Part shown: in pieces, positions 16,434 to 30,711 of the stretch
Layout: every line of letters starts with the position of its first letter
How positions within the stretch are numbered: the stretch's first letter is position 1
Notes under the pieces: model-generated
What the model saw: the letters and a program-made list of their open reading frames with translations, nothing else
Told to the model about the DNA's origin: nothing
Databases searched by the model: none
Assembly (NCBI RefSeq): GCF_006345805.1
Contig: NC_043021.1
Coordinates: forward strand, 23,498,001-23,562,000
Origin: Octopus sinensis
Lineage: Eukaryota
Reading direction: 5' to 3'
Length of the DNA: 64,000 nt
Program-made: the position numbers and the translations under genes

Positions 16434-17914
16434 CTGAAAATATTGGATGCACTAGCCTTCTATATCTGCATTGGTTTGTTTATAAAATGTACAATAGTTC
16501 TTTTATAGCATCCAAACGATTGCAGGCATGTAAAGTAATATATTATACACTAAAATAAATCATTTCTACATGATGTTGACTGCGAGATGAATGTTATCCT
16601 ATGGATATCAAGTGGTGCGATAAATATATTCATCTCGTACCTCCTGACTTTCTTTAGAGTCTACATACTCTTCCTGAAATCATCCTCCTTCATTAGGTTG
16701 ACTGCATTACAACTGCATAAGACTCTACATTACACTCCTACGTATTGGTTTCCTATGTAGTTTGTGGTCCGGTCCACTAAAGGAGATTTTTTTGTGATTA
16801 CCACCGAATTATATACATGCGTATATTGTGCATTAAATATGTGTGTTTGGGAATGAATGTGTGTGTGTGTGTGTGTGCGTGTGTGTGTGTGTATGTGTGT
16901 GTGTTTGTGTAAATATGTTTGTGTGTGTGTGCGTTTGTTTGTTTGTGTGTGTGTGTGTGTGTAACTATAATGCCGGTTTACGCACTATGATTCTATGAGT
17001 ATCACTAGCAGAGATATCGCTGCTGACTCCAGCGGTGGAGCTTCTACCATTAACAGAGAGAAGTCCGAAATCCCGTTATCTGGAAGTTTCGGTGGTGGCG
17101 ATGGCAAGTGAGTTATCTCCCCGCTCGCAATATAAAGAAGAGTGCTTTTATACACTAAAAGCCAATATCAGAGTTCTCTCATGGTAACTATCGCAGTAAT
17201 TTTTGTTTTAACACAACATCCACTTTTAAATAAGGATCAATATTCCTTCTTTGCTATTCATACTGCTTCTGTCGCTAATAATAATTTTAAAAGCCTACTG
17301 GCTATTTCCGACACCAGTTCTTGTTTAGACACTGTGATTCTATGTATGTCCCTAGCAGAGATGGTTCTAATGACTAAATTTAAGTAAAATAAAATCATTA
17401 TTCTTCAATCAGTGCTCAAATTATATATTTATTTAAAGCTTAAATCATATTTTAGTATAAATGTACCTTAAGCCCGTTACCTGACAGAATTGTCAGCACC
17501 GCCAGACATAATGCCTAGCAGTATTTCACAGCTCTTTATGTTCTCAGTTCAAATTCCACCGGGGTCAACTTAGCCTTTAATATTTTCGAAGTCGATAAAA
17601 TAAGTACCAGTTGGACGCTGGGGCTGGATGTAATCGACTGGCCCCCACCTATCAAAATAGCTGCTTTCGAATCAAAATTTAAAACTTGTATAAATGTCTG
17701 GCTTGCGCCCTTATTTTCGACAGTCTTCCATAAGGTAGAGGACCGGCAGAATTGATAAAGCATCGAGTTGAATGATTCACAAAATTCGTTTCTGTTCCCT
17801 CCACTTTCAGGTCAAATCCTGCCAAGCTCAACCATGTTATCAATAAAAAACTTAGGCTTCGGGATTGTTTGTTTGTGAAGGGTTGTGATTGACTACACTT
17901 TCTTAATTTGGATA

Positions 17915-19193
17915 TACGAGGGGCGTTCAATAAGTAATGCCCCTGACCCACTTCCCATAGCAGTAGAGCAACGAAACTTGGCACAGTTATTAGTCTTTGT
18001 CTACTTAGGAACAACCAAGAGTTACGCATTTCTCCCATCGTTTGATGCAGCTCTGAAGACCGTTTTTGTAGAAGACCCCAGCTTGGTACTCCAACCACGA
18101 CGTGACTTCAGAAATAAAGGCTGCATCATCTGGGAAACGATTTCCTTTCAAAAACAACTTCATGGCTGGGAAGAGGTGAAAATCAGAGGGTGCAAGGTCA
18201 GAAGAGTAGGGGGATGGGGGAGGAGTTCATAGCCGCACGCCTGTGCTTCTGATCTGGCGACACGCGAGTTGTGGACCAGAGCGTTGTCCTGCAGGAGGAG
18301 GATGCCTTTGCTGATCTTGCCCCGCCTCTTGATTTTGATAGCTTCTCTTAATTTCCTCAAAAGTGAAGCATAATAGGCTCCTGTAATTGTGGCACCATTT
18401 GCCAGGAAATCTGTCATCACTACTCCGTCCTGGTCCCAGAAGACTGTGAGCATGACCTTGCCAGCGGGGGGCTGCACCCTTGCCTTCTTTGGAGGAGGGG
18501 AGTCACGGTGCTTCCACTACATTGACTGGGCTTTGGTCTCTGGATCATAGTGATGGACCCAGGTTTCATCCTGTGTAATTAGTCTTTTGAAAAATTTTGA
18601 CTCATCTTCTTGGCACATCTCCAAATTCATCCTCGAGCAATCGACGCGTTCTTGCTTCTGGAAAGATGTGAGCAACCTGGGAATCCATCTGGCAGACACC
18701 TTTTGCATATGCAAATGGTCATGAATGATAGTTTCCACAGACCCGGTACTAATCTTGACCTCATGGGCTATTTAGCGAATAATTATGCGTCGATCTTCCA
18801 AAATGGCAGCCTCAACTTGACGGACAGATGCCTCATCAATGGCAGAAGGGGGAGGGGCAACCAGATCTGGGAGCTGTTTCCACAGAGTTCCGACCATGTT
18901 TGAATTCACAATGCCAGCGTTTTACAAGGTCATATGATGGGGCATCATCACTATAAGTTACTTTCATTTCATCAAAAGTCTCCCGTGGTGTGCGTCCTTT
19001 CAAATACAAAAACCGGATCACTGCTTGACATTCAACAGACTCCATTTCACACTTGACTCAGTTCAAACACCTGTAAATCAGAAACCACAATTAGTTTAGA
19101 GCTGTAATTTGCCACTTAATCTATAGAGATATACATAATTACACATGCAAAATTTCAGCTAGATCGAACATTACTTATTGAACGCCTCTCGTA
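17915..19193 (-). mobile_element. Duplicated copy of the mariner element
   Basis: Same TIRs, length and lesions as 3641-4919. Confidence 0.95.
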
Positions 19194-21879
19194 TTTGAAA
19201 TGAACAGAGCTTCATTTCGTCTTCAGTGCAATGAGATATCTCTCTCACCTGCCCCTCTTTCTACCTCTCTCTTTTTCTTTCTCTCCATCTTCCTCTCCCT
19301 CTCTCTCCCTTTATCTTTCTCTCTCTCTCTCTCTCTTCTCTCTTCTTTCTTCTTCATTTAATGATATTGAAGAAAATACAGGAATTGCTTTGATGACAAG
19401 CGTTCTAACGCTTTTGTTAAAAGGTTTGTTGAACCAGATCATATTCCTCTAAAAGATATATGTAATGGTTCTGACGGATATAATTTATATAATTTTTTTT
19501 TAAATAACTAAGGGGCGAGTGATTGGTTATACTTGTCCATAGTATAACGAAAAGTTTCTTCATCAAAGAAGACACAGTTTAAAAGTTTAATGATTGCTAC
19601 AGATATGATTTTTATATATGTTTTATACATCACAGCATCGCGGTATCACAGCATCACAGCATCGCGGTATCGACCTGATTATCGGATGTTATTGTACACC
19701 GCTGGTCACAATGCGCTTCGCATGGCTCCAGCTTTTGAAAGATACTGTCTCACTGGTTTGAGAGGCAGGCCAACATTCTCCTCGAACGGAACGCCAGTCC
19801 ATCGCAGGGTTATTCATTTAGAGTTCAGTGGAACAACGTGAAACGGAGTGTTTTATTTAAGAACACAACGTACGCTGGGAATCGAAACCACAATCTCGCA
19901 ATTGTGAGTGCAATACTCTCACTACTAGAGCACAAACCTTCACACTATATAGCTGCGTGGTAAGAAGTTTCTTTCCCAACCACATGGTTGTGCGTTCATT
20001 CCCAGGGCGTGGTACTTTGGGCAAATGTCTTCTTCTATAGTCTCGAATCCATCAAAGAAATATGGAAAAGGCAGTGCTAAGAGTGATGAATTAGAGGTAG
20101 CAGAGAAAGGGTATTATGTGAGAGACAGTGATGGGACAGTGAATGAATGATGGAGGTAACCCAATATTTCGTTGCTATTTTTGATAGGGTCTCTGCTTTG
20201 AGATGCAACATTCCAAAAAAAAAAATTATGATTTTCTATAAACATACACAGTACTTAAATATATGCTATTATTAGTTTTATGCTTTGAAAATCCAATAAG
20301 GCAAAACCTTGTGAGGGGATTTAGTAGACGAAAACTGAAAGAATTTCGATGTGTGGGTTTCTGGGTGTGTGATGTACCTGTTTGCCTCCCACTACCACTT
20401 GAAATCCGATGTAGTTGTGACTAAGCGCCCGTATCTAAGCGGATCGGCAAAACAGACCGCTGGAATTAGTACGAAGCTTTAAAATTAAGTTCTAGAATCG
20501 ATTCGTTCGACTAAAATTCTTCAAGGCGGTGTCCCATATGGCCGCAGTCTAATGACTGAAACAAGAAAATGTCAAGAGATCAAATATAACAGTTATTCCA
20601 ACATAAATCATTATGATGAAATTTGGGGGAGATTATCTGTTATTTTTAACATATCAAGAAACAACATGTTTCCTTCGTTGTTCAATTTGCTATTATTATT
20701 GTTGTTGACAGTATCGTTAATACGCCGGGCGAAATGCGTAGCCGTATTTCGTCTGCCGTTACATTCCGAGTTCAAATTCCGCCGAGGTCGACTTTACCTT
20801 TCATCCTTTCGGGGTCGATTAAATAAGTACCAGTTACGCACTGGGATCGATATAATCGACTTAATCCTTTTGTCTCTCCTTGTTTGTCCCCTCCGTGTGT
20901 AGCGCCTTGTGGGCAGTTAAGAAATAGGTATTTCATCTCTCGCTACGTTCTGAGTTCAAATCTCGCCGAGGTTGACTGCCTTTCATCCTTTCGGTGTCGA
21001 TAAATAAAGTACCAGTTGAGTACTATGGTCGACGTGATCGACTGTGACCCTCCCCACAAAATCCAGACCTTGTGCCTATGGTAGAAAGGAGTATCGCTGT
21101 TGTCGTTTTCATATTTGTAGTACTCTTTTACTCTTTTTACTCATTTACTATTATGTTCATAGTATTTTTGTTGATTCAAATGATTGTCCTCTCTTTGTGT
21201 TATTCAAACAAACGTTTCGAAATAAATATGGACGAATTCCCAAATGAACAAATATTTGTTAAATTTGAGAAAATCTATTTAAAGGCAACACATTTCGTGA
21301 TGGTTATGGTTGAAACGTCAGTTAACACTGTTTCGAGGCTGCCCTGGGGTTAAACAAGTAAACACAAACAATAATAACAGTAAAAATAGCAATGATCTAG
21401 CAGAAGTGGCATCAAACTTTATTTCTCATAATCATTAATTGGTTATTTTTTATTCTACAGATAGTTAAAGTACTTTCCATATGTGCATGTTCCTCCTTGC
21501 TTGGATATACCAATATACATGCATGCATACATACATATATATGTAAGTGTATGTATGTTATGCATATATATATATATATATGTATATGTATGAAGATATA
21601 TACATATATATATAAATACATATATATATACACTCATACGTATGTGTATATATATGTATGTATGTATGTACGTATGTATGTATAAATAATATAGGAGATG
21701 TTAGTTAGTTAGTTAGTTAATTTGGCTCAAAAGCAAATAGCAAGGCCATGTAGGGGGACATGTAGGGGAGATATAATATAGGAGATGTGGTGGCTAGTAG
21801 TGATTGTGTATACATGTACAAGATTACAAGTATATACTGCACTAATGAAATAGTCTCCATTTATTATTACTATTATTAC

Positions 21880-21951
<72 letters not shown>

Positions 21952-22031
21952 CATTGGTAGCTATACTAAGTAACCAAGTCCAAAGTCCGACAAGCCAGTA
22001 AATCTTGAATTCTTCCCAGTAACTAGGTACG

Positions 22032-22161
22032 TTAATGTAATTTCTTCCACATGGTTGCCAAATCATCGCTAGCGTCGAAGTGGGCTTTGACCCATGGTAT
22101 TAATTTCTCAGCAGATGGCGTATTGCATTCTGAAGATATCTTGGCAATATTATTCCACAAC
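22032..22161 (-). CDS. STC: Stanniocalcin-like gene, last coding exon 4 (to TAA), proximal copy
   Basis: Acceptor ttttttatattgcag|G completes the split ATG from exon 3. Translates as (M)LWNNIAKISSECNTPSAEKLIPWVKAHFDASDDLATMWKKLH*. Same distance to the 10th Cys as STC1 RYYNRLVRSLLEC. Confidence 0.85.
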
Positions 22162-22221
22162 CTGCAATATAAAAAATATATTGGTGTCTTAATCAAACAC
22201 ACTCAGTCAATAACACTCAGA

Positions 22222-22309
<88 letters not shown>

Positions 22310-22315
<6 letters not shown>

Positions 22316-25090
22316 CAGAGTTTGCTTTTATTGTCTAATGCTAACTCATTTTGAATCTGGAGGCAAATTCAACTCTGCAAGAGGTGGGAAAATACCAATT
22401 CCAGAAGCAAGAAAAGGCGAAAGCAACTGTAGGGAACCTGCTTTCTATATTGCAACAAATCTCACACTAAGAGAATCAAGTGGATTTGACTGGTGGACTC
22501 GTTTTTTTTATCAGAAGAAAGAAGCCACATTTCAGGACTGATTTGATGAGACACTTGTCAGGGGATTACACGTGGCCTCGTGTCCTTTTGTTGTTGCCCA
22601 ACTCCGGCAGAGCGTACAGATTAAGAAGCGAGACACTTGCGACCCTCAGATACTCGCTGAATACGAAAGGGATTCACTACATTGACATGGTTTTAGCCAC
22701 CAACAGAAGAGCGAGCAATATCTCTAAGCAGCTCCTACAATTTCTGTGTGGAGCACCTGAATAATAATCACACGGAATTTCTAACATACAATCCATACCG
22801 CACACTGTTTATTCATCACACCAGGAACAATCATTTTGTTTTATCAACCAATTTTTTAGGAGATTTTTATATTTATGACAGTTTGAATTTACCAGTTTCG
22901 CAGGAACTAATGGCACAAAATCAACGTTGTATTCACCACAAACAAACATTACTCCTACAATTCAACAAGTTCATATAATTAATCCCCAAGTTGGCGCGTA
23001 TGATTGTGGCCATTTTGCCCTGGCGTATGCATTTGAACTGGTCATTGGAAACGCTCCAGGGAAGTTTCTATTTGATCAGTCAAAAATGCGAGCACATTTA
23101 AGATTTTGCCTTGAAAACAATAAATTTGTTCCTTTCCCGAAAGTAAAGGTTTTTCAAATGTCTACAAAAACCACAGAAGACAATGTCTATCACCCACCCA
23201 GAAATGGGTTACCCCTAGAAAGGCGACTAAAAATTATAACTTCTCACGTGAACATTCACAACAAATTTTATCACCCAATAGGTTCCGTGTTTTAAGTGAA
23301 GATTTCGAGCAAATCCCAAAATGTAGTCAGGAATCTAATGAGAAAAAGACTCTGAAAACCACTTGCCCGAGAAAAAACCATCACACTAGAGAATAAGTCG
23401 GTCATAAATTTATCTAAACTAAAACTTTCGCCCGATGATGTCTCAGTGTTAGAGCTTGGCCTGAGTTTTTGCCCAAACACTAAGAATTTCGACAAGAATA
23501 AACTAGCTCAAGGGCTATTTCAGTTTGTCCGGCGTCACAAGCTAAAAGAATATTTTTTTTAAAAAGCTGGTAACGAGGAGTCAGAAAACCCTATGTTTAC
23601 TAAAAATAAAAATGATGATTATCGAATCTGGCATAATTGGATTGAAAAGAATCTCAATTGGTATCCAGATAAGGTTCGGGATGGACGTTCACAGGCATTA
23701 CTAGAATTCCGTAAATCTTGTCAGGCAAGCATTAGAGAAAGCCTTAAGACAAGTGAAAAGGGTCCTGGAATAACCTCACAAATTTCCAACGTTATGCACT
23801 CCGACGTCCAGCTAATAACGATTCTATTGTTATTAACATGGCGAATAAGGGAAGCGCTATCGTAATTATGGACAAAAGTGAGTATATTTCGGCTTGTGAA
23901 GGAGTTTTAACCCCAATTACGGAGAGAAACTTGACAAAATAATTCTGGAAATGGAGGAAAACAATTTCGTTAATAAGGCTGAATCTAAGATTTTAAGGTC
24001 AGAAAGAAGAACACCTGTATTTTATGGTCTCCCTAAAATACACAAAAGAGTTCGAAAGATTTCATCCAATGCGCTCAATTTGCAGCGGATATGAATGTTG
24101 CACGGCCAAAATTTCGGATTGGCTGGATGGCTTTCTACTCCCCGTCGCAAAACGATTAAGTTCATATATTCAGGATACCTTTGATTTTGTATCTGAAATA
24201 AACTTATTTTGAAGCACCGAGACCATATTGAGAACTCTTTTTTGGTAACCATGGATGTTTCATCCTTATATCCTAATATTGACTACAATGAAAAGGTAGA
24301 CGCATGCATGGATGCCTTCGAAGAGCGGTCAAACAAAAGTGTTCCATCAAATTTTCTCTGTAGATTATTGAGGTTTGTGTTAGAAAGTAACACAATGAAG
24401 TTTAGTCAAAGATTTTACTACCAGACGAAGGGTTGCGCCATGGTCACCCCCATGGCAGTTAATTTCGCTAATGTCTTCATGACGAAATTCGAGACACAGT
24501 TACTGAAGATATTGAAATTCCTTCATGGTCATGAACCAATATTCTGGTTTCGGTTCATTGACGACGTATTTTTTGTCTGGGAATGATCACAGGATAGTTT
24601 AATAGACTTCTTGCGTTTCTGTGACTGTTAAGCCCAACATAAAATTTACGTCTAGTTTTTCAAAGAGTAGCGTTGAATTTTTTGAACCCAAAAGTTAAGT
24701 TTTCTGGAGGCAGAATAGTGACAGTTATTTTGCAAAGCCACGTCGTCCCACATTTATCTCCATCGCCGCTCCGATCATCCACATCATCTTATTCGGTCAA
24801 ATCCGAAATCCCAATTTGTGAGGAAAAAATGGATTCGTACTGGCATAGGGGACTACTGGAAACATGCAAATGCTTTTGTATGTCATTATGTCAAACGCGG
24901 TTACAGTGAATCACGATTAAAGGAAATAGCAAATGAAATAGCTAAGATTAGCAAAGATAGTAAATCTACAAGCATAATTTTAGCAAACACAATACAATGG
25001 ATGACAGAATTCATTTAGCGATTAGCTGGAACCGACATTTCGCTGACATTTCAAAAGTGTTGCATGAAACACCACCGCTTCTATTACTAT
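22310..25090 (+). mobile_element. Duplicated copy of the Ulp1-associated Penelope-like element
   Basis: Same broken ORFs (22748..22978, 22927..23295, 24209..24586) as the first copy. Confidence 0.85.
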
Positions 25091-25128
25091 CACCACCAAC
25101 AACAACAACCAAAATAACAAAAACTTAC

Positions 25129-25355
25129 ATTTTATAATGCCTTGATTTGGATGTTTTTATTGGTTCATTGAATAGATACCACAGTTCCTTGCGGTGCTTC
25201 CAGCCAACATTACAGAAATCATTGGCTGTGTAACATTCCTTTTGTATTTTCAGTATCATTGCGTCAACTTTACTACAATCGATTGACGGACGTTTGTAGA
25301 GTTCTGTTAACTTCATCGCGAAACATTTTGTGATACTATTTATCCAGATCTTACC
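25129..25355 (-). CDS. STC: Stanniocalcin-like gene, exon 3 (227 bp; phase 0 to phase 2), copy proximal to exon 2
   Basis: Acceptor aatattcacag|GGT and donor AAAAT|gtaagt. Translates as GKIWINSITKCFAMKLTELYKRPSIDCSKVDAMILKIQKECYTANDFCNVGWKHRKELWYLFNEPIKTSKSRHYK. Aligns with STC1 GKAFVKESLKC...[22 protein letters not shown]. Confidence 0.9.
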
Positions 25356-26504
25356 CTGTGAATATTAGACAGTGATTAGTGAAAGCAAAAATTGACTTTT
25401 GGGGGATTGTTTATTTATTTATTTATTTGGGGGGAGTGAATAGTAATTCTATCTACTTTTAACAAAAGAGCAGTAATTTTGAGAGGAATGGAGGCCAACT
25501 AGATAACAAAGACCCCAATTCTTTGTCTCTCTAATCTGGCGGAGTAAGGAATAGATAAGTTAATAATGGCGCTTAGAAGAAGGAAGGGTAAAAAAAAAAC
25601 CTTCGGTCATGAATGACCATGGGTCTGCACTTAGAAAGTTGCCCCCCCCCCCAAAGCACAAGAATGGGCAGGGTTGTTTATGGAAGATCAGCAGTTAGCT
25701 ATGCATACCTGCCTCCTTTTTCCATGCCAAAGGAAAAGCCGATACAGCTTGGCACCACTGAGGTCGCAACTCATTTCTACAGCTGAGTGAACTGTAGGAA
25801 CGTGAAATAAAGGGTCTTGCACAAGAACACAACACACGCCTCGGTCTGGGAGTCGAACTCACTACCTCATGCTTGTGAGCCCGACGCTCTAACCACTGTG
25901 CTATGCACCTTCACATACGATAATGTATAGATTATAAAAAATAGTGAAGGGATGAAAGGAAAAACAGAGAGAGAGAGACACTCGGTCAGTGCATAATGCC
26001 TGACTTATAAAAACGTTATAAATCTAAGTAACGAGAAATGATGGGTTTATGGTAGCAGTGAAATGTACCATAACAAAGAAGGTGATGCGGGTATTTTGAA
26101 AGTACCTCTCAGAGTGACGGCCGTGTCCTGAATGGTTAGGGTTGCCAGCTACTTGTTAAATAAAAGATAATTTGATTGTCAACATACTTAATGTATGGAA
26201 TATTAGAAAACTGAAGTAGAATTACGTATTTATTGAGTAAAACAAAAATAATAATAGTCGTTTCTATTACAGGCGCAAAGCCTGAAATATTGGGGGAGAA
26301 AACTAGTCGATTACATCGACCCCAATGATCAGCTGGAATTTATTTTATCCACTCTGAAAGGATGAAAGGCAAAGTCGACCTCGGCGGAATTTTAGCTCAT
26401 AATGCAAAGACGGACGAAATGCCGCTAAGCATTTTCCCGGCGTATTAATGATACGGCCTGCTCAAACCAATAATAATATTAATAATAACAACAATGATAA
26501 TAAC

Positions 26505-26538
<34 letters not shown>

Positions 26539-26576
26539 GTAATAATAATAATAACAACAACAATAATAATAATATT

Positions 26577-27591
26577 AGTATTTAAGGAAGCTGACAAATA
26601 CAAACAAGAAATCATACCACCTAATAAACACAAAGAAGAAGAAGAAGATGATGAAGAAACAACAAAAGCTATAAAACAAATGAAATCCAAACTAAAAATA
26701 GAACAGCAACGAGCCATGATAAAACGATGGCAAGAAAAAGCCCTTCATGGTAAATACTGCACTAAACTAAACGCAAAAGAAATAGACAAAGAAAAATCCC
26801 AGCAATGGTTGAGAAGCTCAGGACTCAAAGCAGAAACAGGGGATTTTTAATTGCAGCACAAGACCAAAGCCTCCCCACCAGAAATTACCAAAAACATGTA
26901 ATGAAAAGAAATATTACAAGTAACTGCAGAATATGTGGAGATGGACAAGAAACAATAAATCATATTATCTCTAGCTGCCCAGTCCTGGCTAAGAAGGAAT
27001 ATATTCACAGACATGACAGAGTTGGAACCTATATACATTGGAAGCTATGCCAACATTATGGAATAACAACAGAAAAAAGATGGTATAGGCACACACCAGA
27101 AAAAGGCACAGAAAACGAGAAAGCAACCATACTCTGGGATATGCCGATACACACAGATAGAGAAATTAAGGCCAACAGACCAGATATAGTTGTCAGAGAT
27201 CATGAAGAAAAAAAATGCTTTCTAATTGATGTATCAATACCGACAGATGACAACGTGTCTCTAAAAGAAATGGAGAAACTCTCAAAATACAAAGACCTGG
27301 AAATAGAGATAACTAGAATGTGGAACCTGAAAACAGAAACAATTCCTATCATAGTAGGTGCATTAGGCATGATAAAAAAATATTCAGACAAATACATAAC
27401 AAAAACACCAGGACTTACAAACACATATAACATACAGAAAATTGCACTACTAGGCACTGCACACATCCTACGCAGAACACTTTCCATACAATAACCATCA
27501 GAGCATCACAACAAATCACAGCACATACCCAAGGCACACAGAGCTGCGCTCGGTAGTGAAGTGAAAGCACGCTATAAAAATAAAACTACTG
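26577..27591 (+). mobile_element. Duplicated Dong family A copy (1-bp frameshift near 26845)
   Basis: ORFs 26494..26850 and 26805..27494 match the first copy. Confidence 0.92.
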
Positions 27592-27609
27592 AATAATAAT
27601 AATAATAGC

Positions 27610-27662
<53 letters not shown>

Positions 27663-27760
27663 TAACAATAACAATAATAATAATAACAACAACAACTACA
27701 ACAACAACAATAATAATAATAATATTAATAAAAATAATAACAATAGTAATAACAACAATG

Positions 27761-27833
<73 letters not shown>
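27592..27833. repeat. Compound (AAT/AAC)n microsatellite, repeated at 28261-28511; other AAT/ATT tracts at ~7494-7576, 12091-12194, 13213-13301, 28939-29051, 44003-44068, 46021-46290
   Basis: Read directly from the sequence. Confidence 0.95.
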
Positions 27834-28260
27834 GTCAGAGATCATGAAGAAAAAAAATTCTTTGTCAGAGATCATGAAGATAAAAATGCTTTCTAATTGA
27901 TGTATCAATACCGGCAGATGACAACGTTCTCTAAAAGAAATGGAGAAACTTTCAAAATACAAAGACCTGGAAATAGAGGTAACCAGAATGTGGAATCTAA
28001 AAACATAAACAATTCCTATCATAGTAGGTGCATTAGGCATGATAAAAAATATTCAGACAAATACATAACAAAAACACCAGGACTTACAAACACTTATAAC
28101 ATACAGAAAATTGCACTACTAGGCACTGCACACATCCTACGCAGAACACTTTCCATACAATAACCATCAGAGCATCACAACAAATCACAGCACATACCCA
28201 AGGCACACAGAGCTGCGCTCGGTAGTGAAGTGAAAGCACGCTATAAAAATAAAACTACTG
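27834..28260 (+). mobile_element. Short 3' fragment of Dong family A
   Basis: Nuclease C-terminus ...TAHILRRTLSIQ and the same 3' UTR; flanked by (AAT)n. Confidence 0.9.
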
Positions 28261-28284
28261 AATAATAATAATAATAGCAATAAT

Positions 28285-28325
<41 letters not shown>

Positions 28326-28426
28326 TAACAATAACAATAATAATAATAACAACAACAACTACAACAACAACAACAATAATAATAATAATATTAATAAAAA
28401 TAATAACAATAGTAATAACAACAATG

Positions 28427-28511
<85 letters not shown>

Positions 28512-28938
28512 GTCAGAGATCATGAAGAAAAAAAATTCTTTGTCAGTGATCATGAAGATAAAAATGCTTTCTAATTGATGTATCAATACCGGCAGATGAC
28601 AACGTTCTCTAAAAGAAATGGAGAAACTTTCAAAATACAAAGACCTGGAAATAGAGGTAACCAGAATGTGGAATCTAAAAACAGAAACAATTCCTATCAT
28701 AGTAGGTGCATTAGGCATGATAAAAAATATTCAGACAAATACATAACAAAAACACCAGGACTTACAAACACTTATAACATACAGAAAATTGCACTACTAG
28801 GCACTGCACACATCCTACGCAGAACACTTTCCATACAATAACCATCAGAGCATCACAAAAAATCACAGCACATACCCAAGGCACACAGAGCTGCGCTCGG
28901 TAGTGAAGTGAAAGCACGCTATAAAATTGAAACTACTG
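28512..28938 (+). mobile_element. Second short 3' fragment of Dong family A (tandem duplicate of 27834-28260)
   Basis: Same 5' junction and same preceding compound microsatellite as the previous unit. Confidence 0.9.
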
Positions 28939-28966
28939 AATAATAATAATAATAATAATAATTATG

Positions 28967-29045
<79 letters not shown>

Positions 29046-29051
29046 TAATAA

Positions 29052-30258
29052 CTCTGAGGACTGGATGTTAAAACTTGTCTCAAAACATGAAAACAAGAAA
29101 GCATCATACTCAGTCACAAAACAGGCAAAGGAATATCTAAGTGAATTCCGAATACAATTAATTTCGGAATTAGAGATAGACATACAAGAAACAAGCACAG
29201 AAAAAGCAAACGCATGAAAACCCGTGCCAAAACTGCGGCCTTAGATATTCTGAATAATAAATGGCAAGAAAAACCTCTCTATGGCAAATACCCAAAGAGA
29301 GCGAATAATGCAGATATTGACAAAGCCCTGAACCATCAATGGCTAATGGCCTCTGGCTTAAAATCTGAAACAGAGGGGTTTATCATAGCAGCTCAAGATC
29401 AATGCCTACCAACAAGAAACTACCAGGTCAACATATTAAAGAACGGCAGTAGCCCAACATGTCGTGTATGCCGACAACAAAATGAGACCATTGATCATGT
29501 TGTCTCCAAATGCAGTCTTCTAGCGCCTACAGAGTACCTCAACAGGCATGATAGAGCTGCACAATATATTCACTGGGTAATTTGCAAAAACCTGGATTTA
29601 CCCCATGAAAAAAAATGGTGGGAACACAATCCACCTCCAGTGCTTGAAAATGACCACATCTCACTCCTCTGGAACTTCACCATCCAAACTGATAGAAAGA
29701 TAGATGCAAATAGGCCAGACATCATATTGAAAGACTTCAAACAAAGAACATGCCTCCTCATTGATATGACTGTCCCAATCGATATAAACGTATCTGTCAA
29801 GACCTACCAAAAACTGAGCAAATATAAAGATCTTGAAATAGAAATCAGCAAAATGTGGAAGCTGAAGACTAAAACAATACCTGTTGTCATAGGTGCCCTG
29901 GGAATGATAGCGAAAGGGACTGATTGCTACCTAATTCAGATACCAGGAAACCCCAAAATGGCAGAAATTCAAAAGATAGTGCTCATGGGAACTGCTCATA
30001 TCCTACGCAAAATACTCTCTATGTAATCCCAAGGTTTAAAACAAACTTTTTTATTTATTTATTTATTTATTTATTTTTTTTTATTTATTTATTTTTATTT
30101 ATTTATTTTTATGTATTAGACATTCACTAGTACAACACCAAAAACAAAGCAAAAAACCCCAAATATATGGCACAGAACTTCCAACCTGTTGTCTCTTGAG
30201 GTGTCTGGGTGAGACTTGGAGCCAACTTGTACAGACATAAAGCAAAAGTCAAACATAG
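29052..30258 (+). mobile_element. 5'-truncated R4/Dong-type LINE, second family (B), with a longer 3' UTR
   Basis: ORF 29214..30026 has CRVCRQQNETIDHVVSKC, RHD and RPDIILKD..LIDMTVP..KLSKY. (AAT)n on both sides. Confidence 0.92.
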
Positions 30259-30285
30259 AATAATAATAATAATAATAATAATAAT

Positions 30286-30711
30286 TCTGCTCAATACCAC
30301 AGATTTGTTTGTCAGTTGTTTGCCCTTAACCAGTTGAGCATGTCCCTTAGTGGCTGACGATATGTGCATCTCTGATCATGAGCAGAAGTAGTGGGTGAGC
30401 ATCATACCCATGAGCTGAAAGAGATTCTTTGGGATTTGAATAATTCACCTCTGGAAACATGGATGTTTCGTGCAACATACTTAAACAACCCTTATTCAGG
30501 GAACTTTTGAGCGAGATGGGTTACTCGACTAGAAGAAAATTCTAACTGGGCCCACTTACAAAGTCATGTGCTGTTTGTCCTGATATGAGATCACCATGTC
30601 GCGCACACATGGTTGTGATGCATGTGCCTAGTGTACCCTTATCAGACGGGTAGTCATGATGGGTATACTGGGCTTCGTATATTTTACCCCAGTGTCACTG
30701 CTCTCTCACAC
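30286..30711. mobile_element. Non-coding ~425-bp element flanked by (AAT)n on both sides
   Basis: No convincing ORF; sharply bounded by AAT tracts at the end of the Dong stack. Confidence 0.5.
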
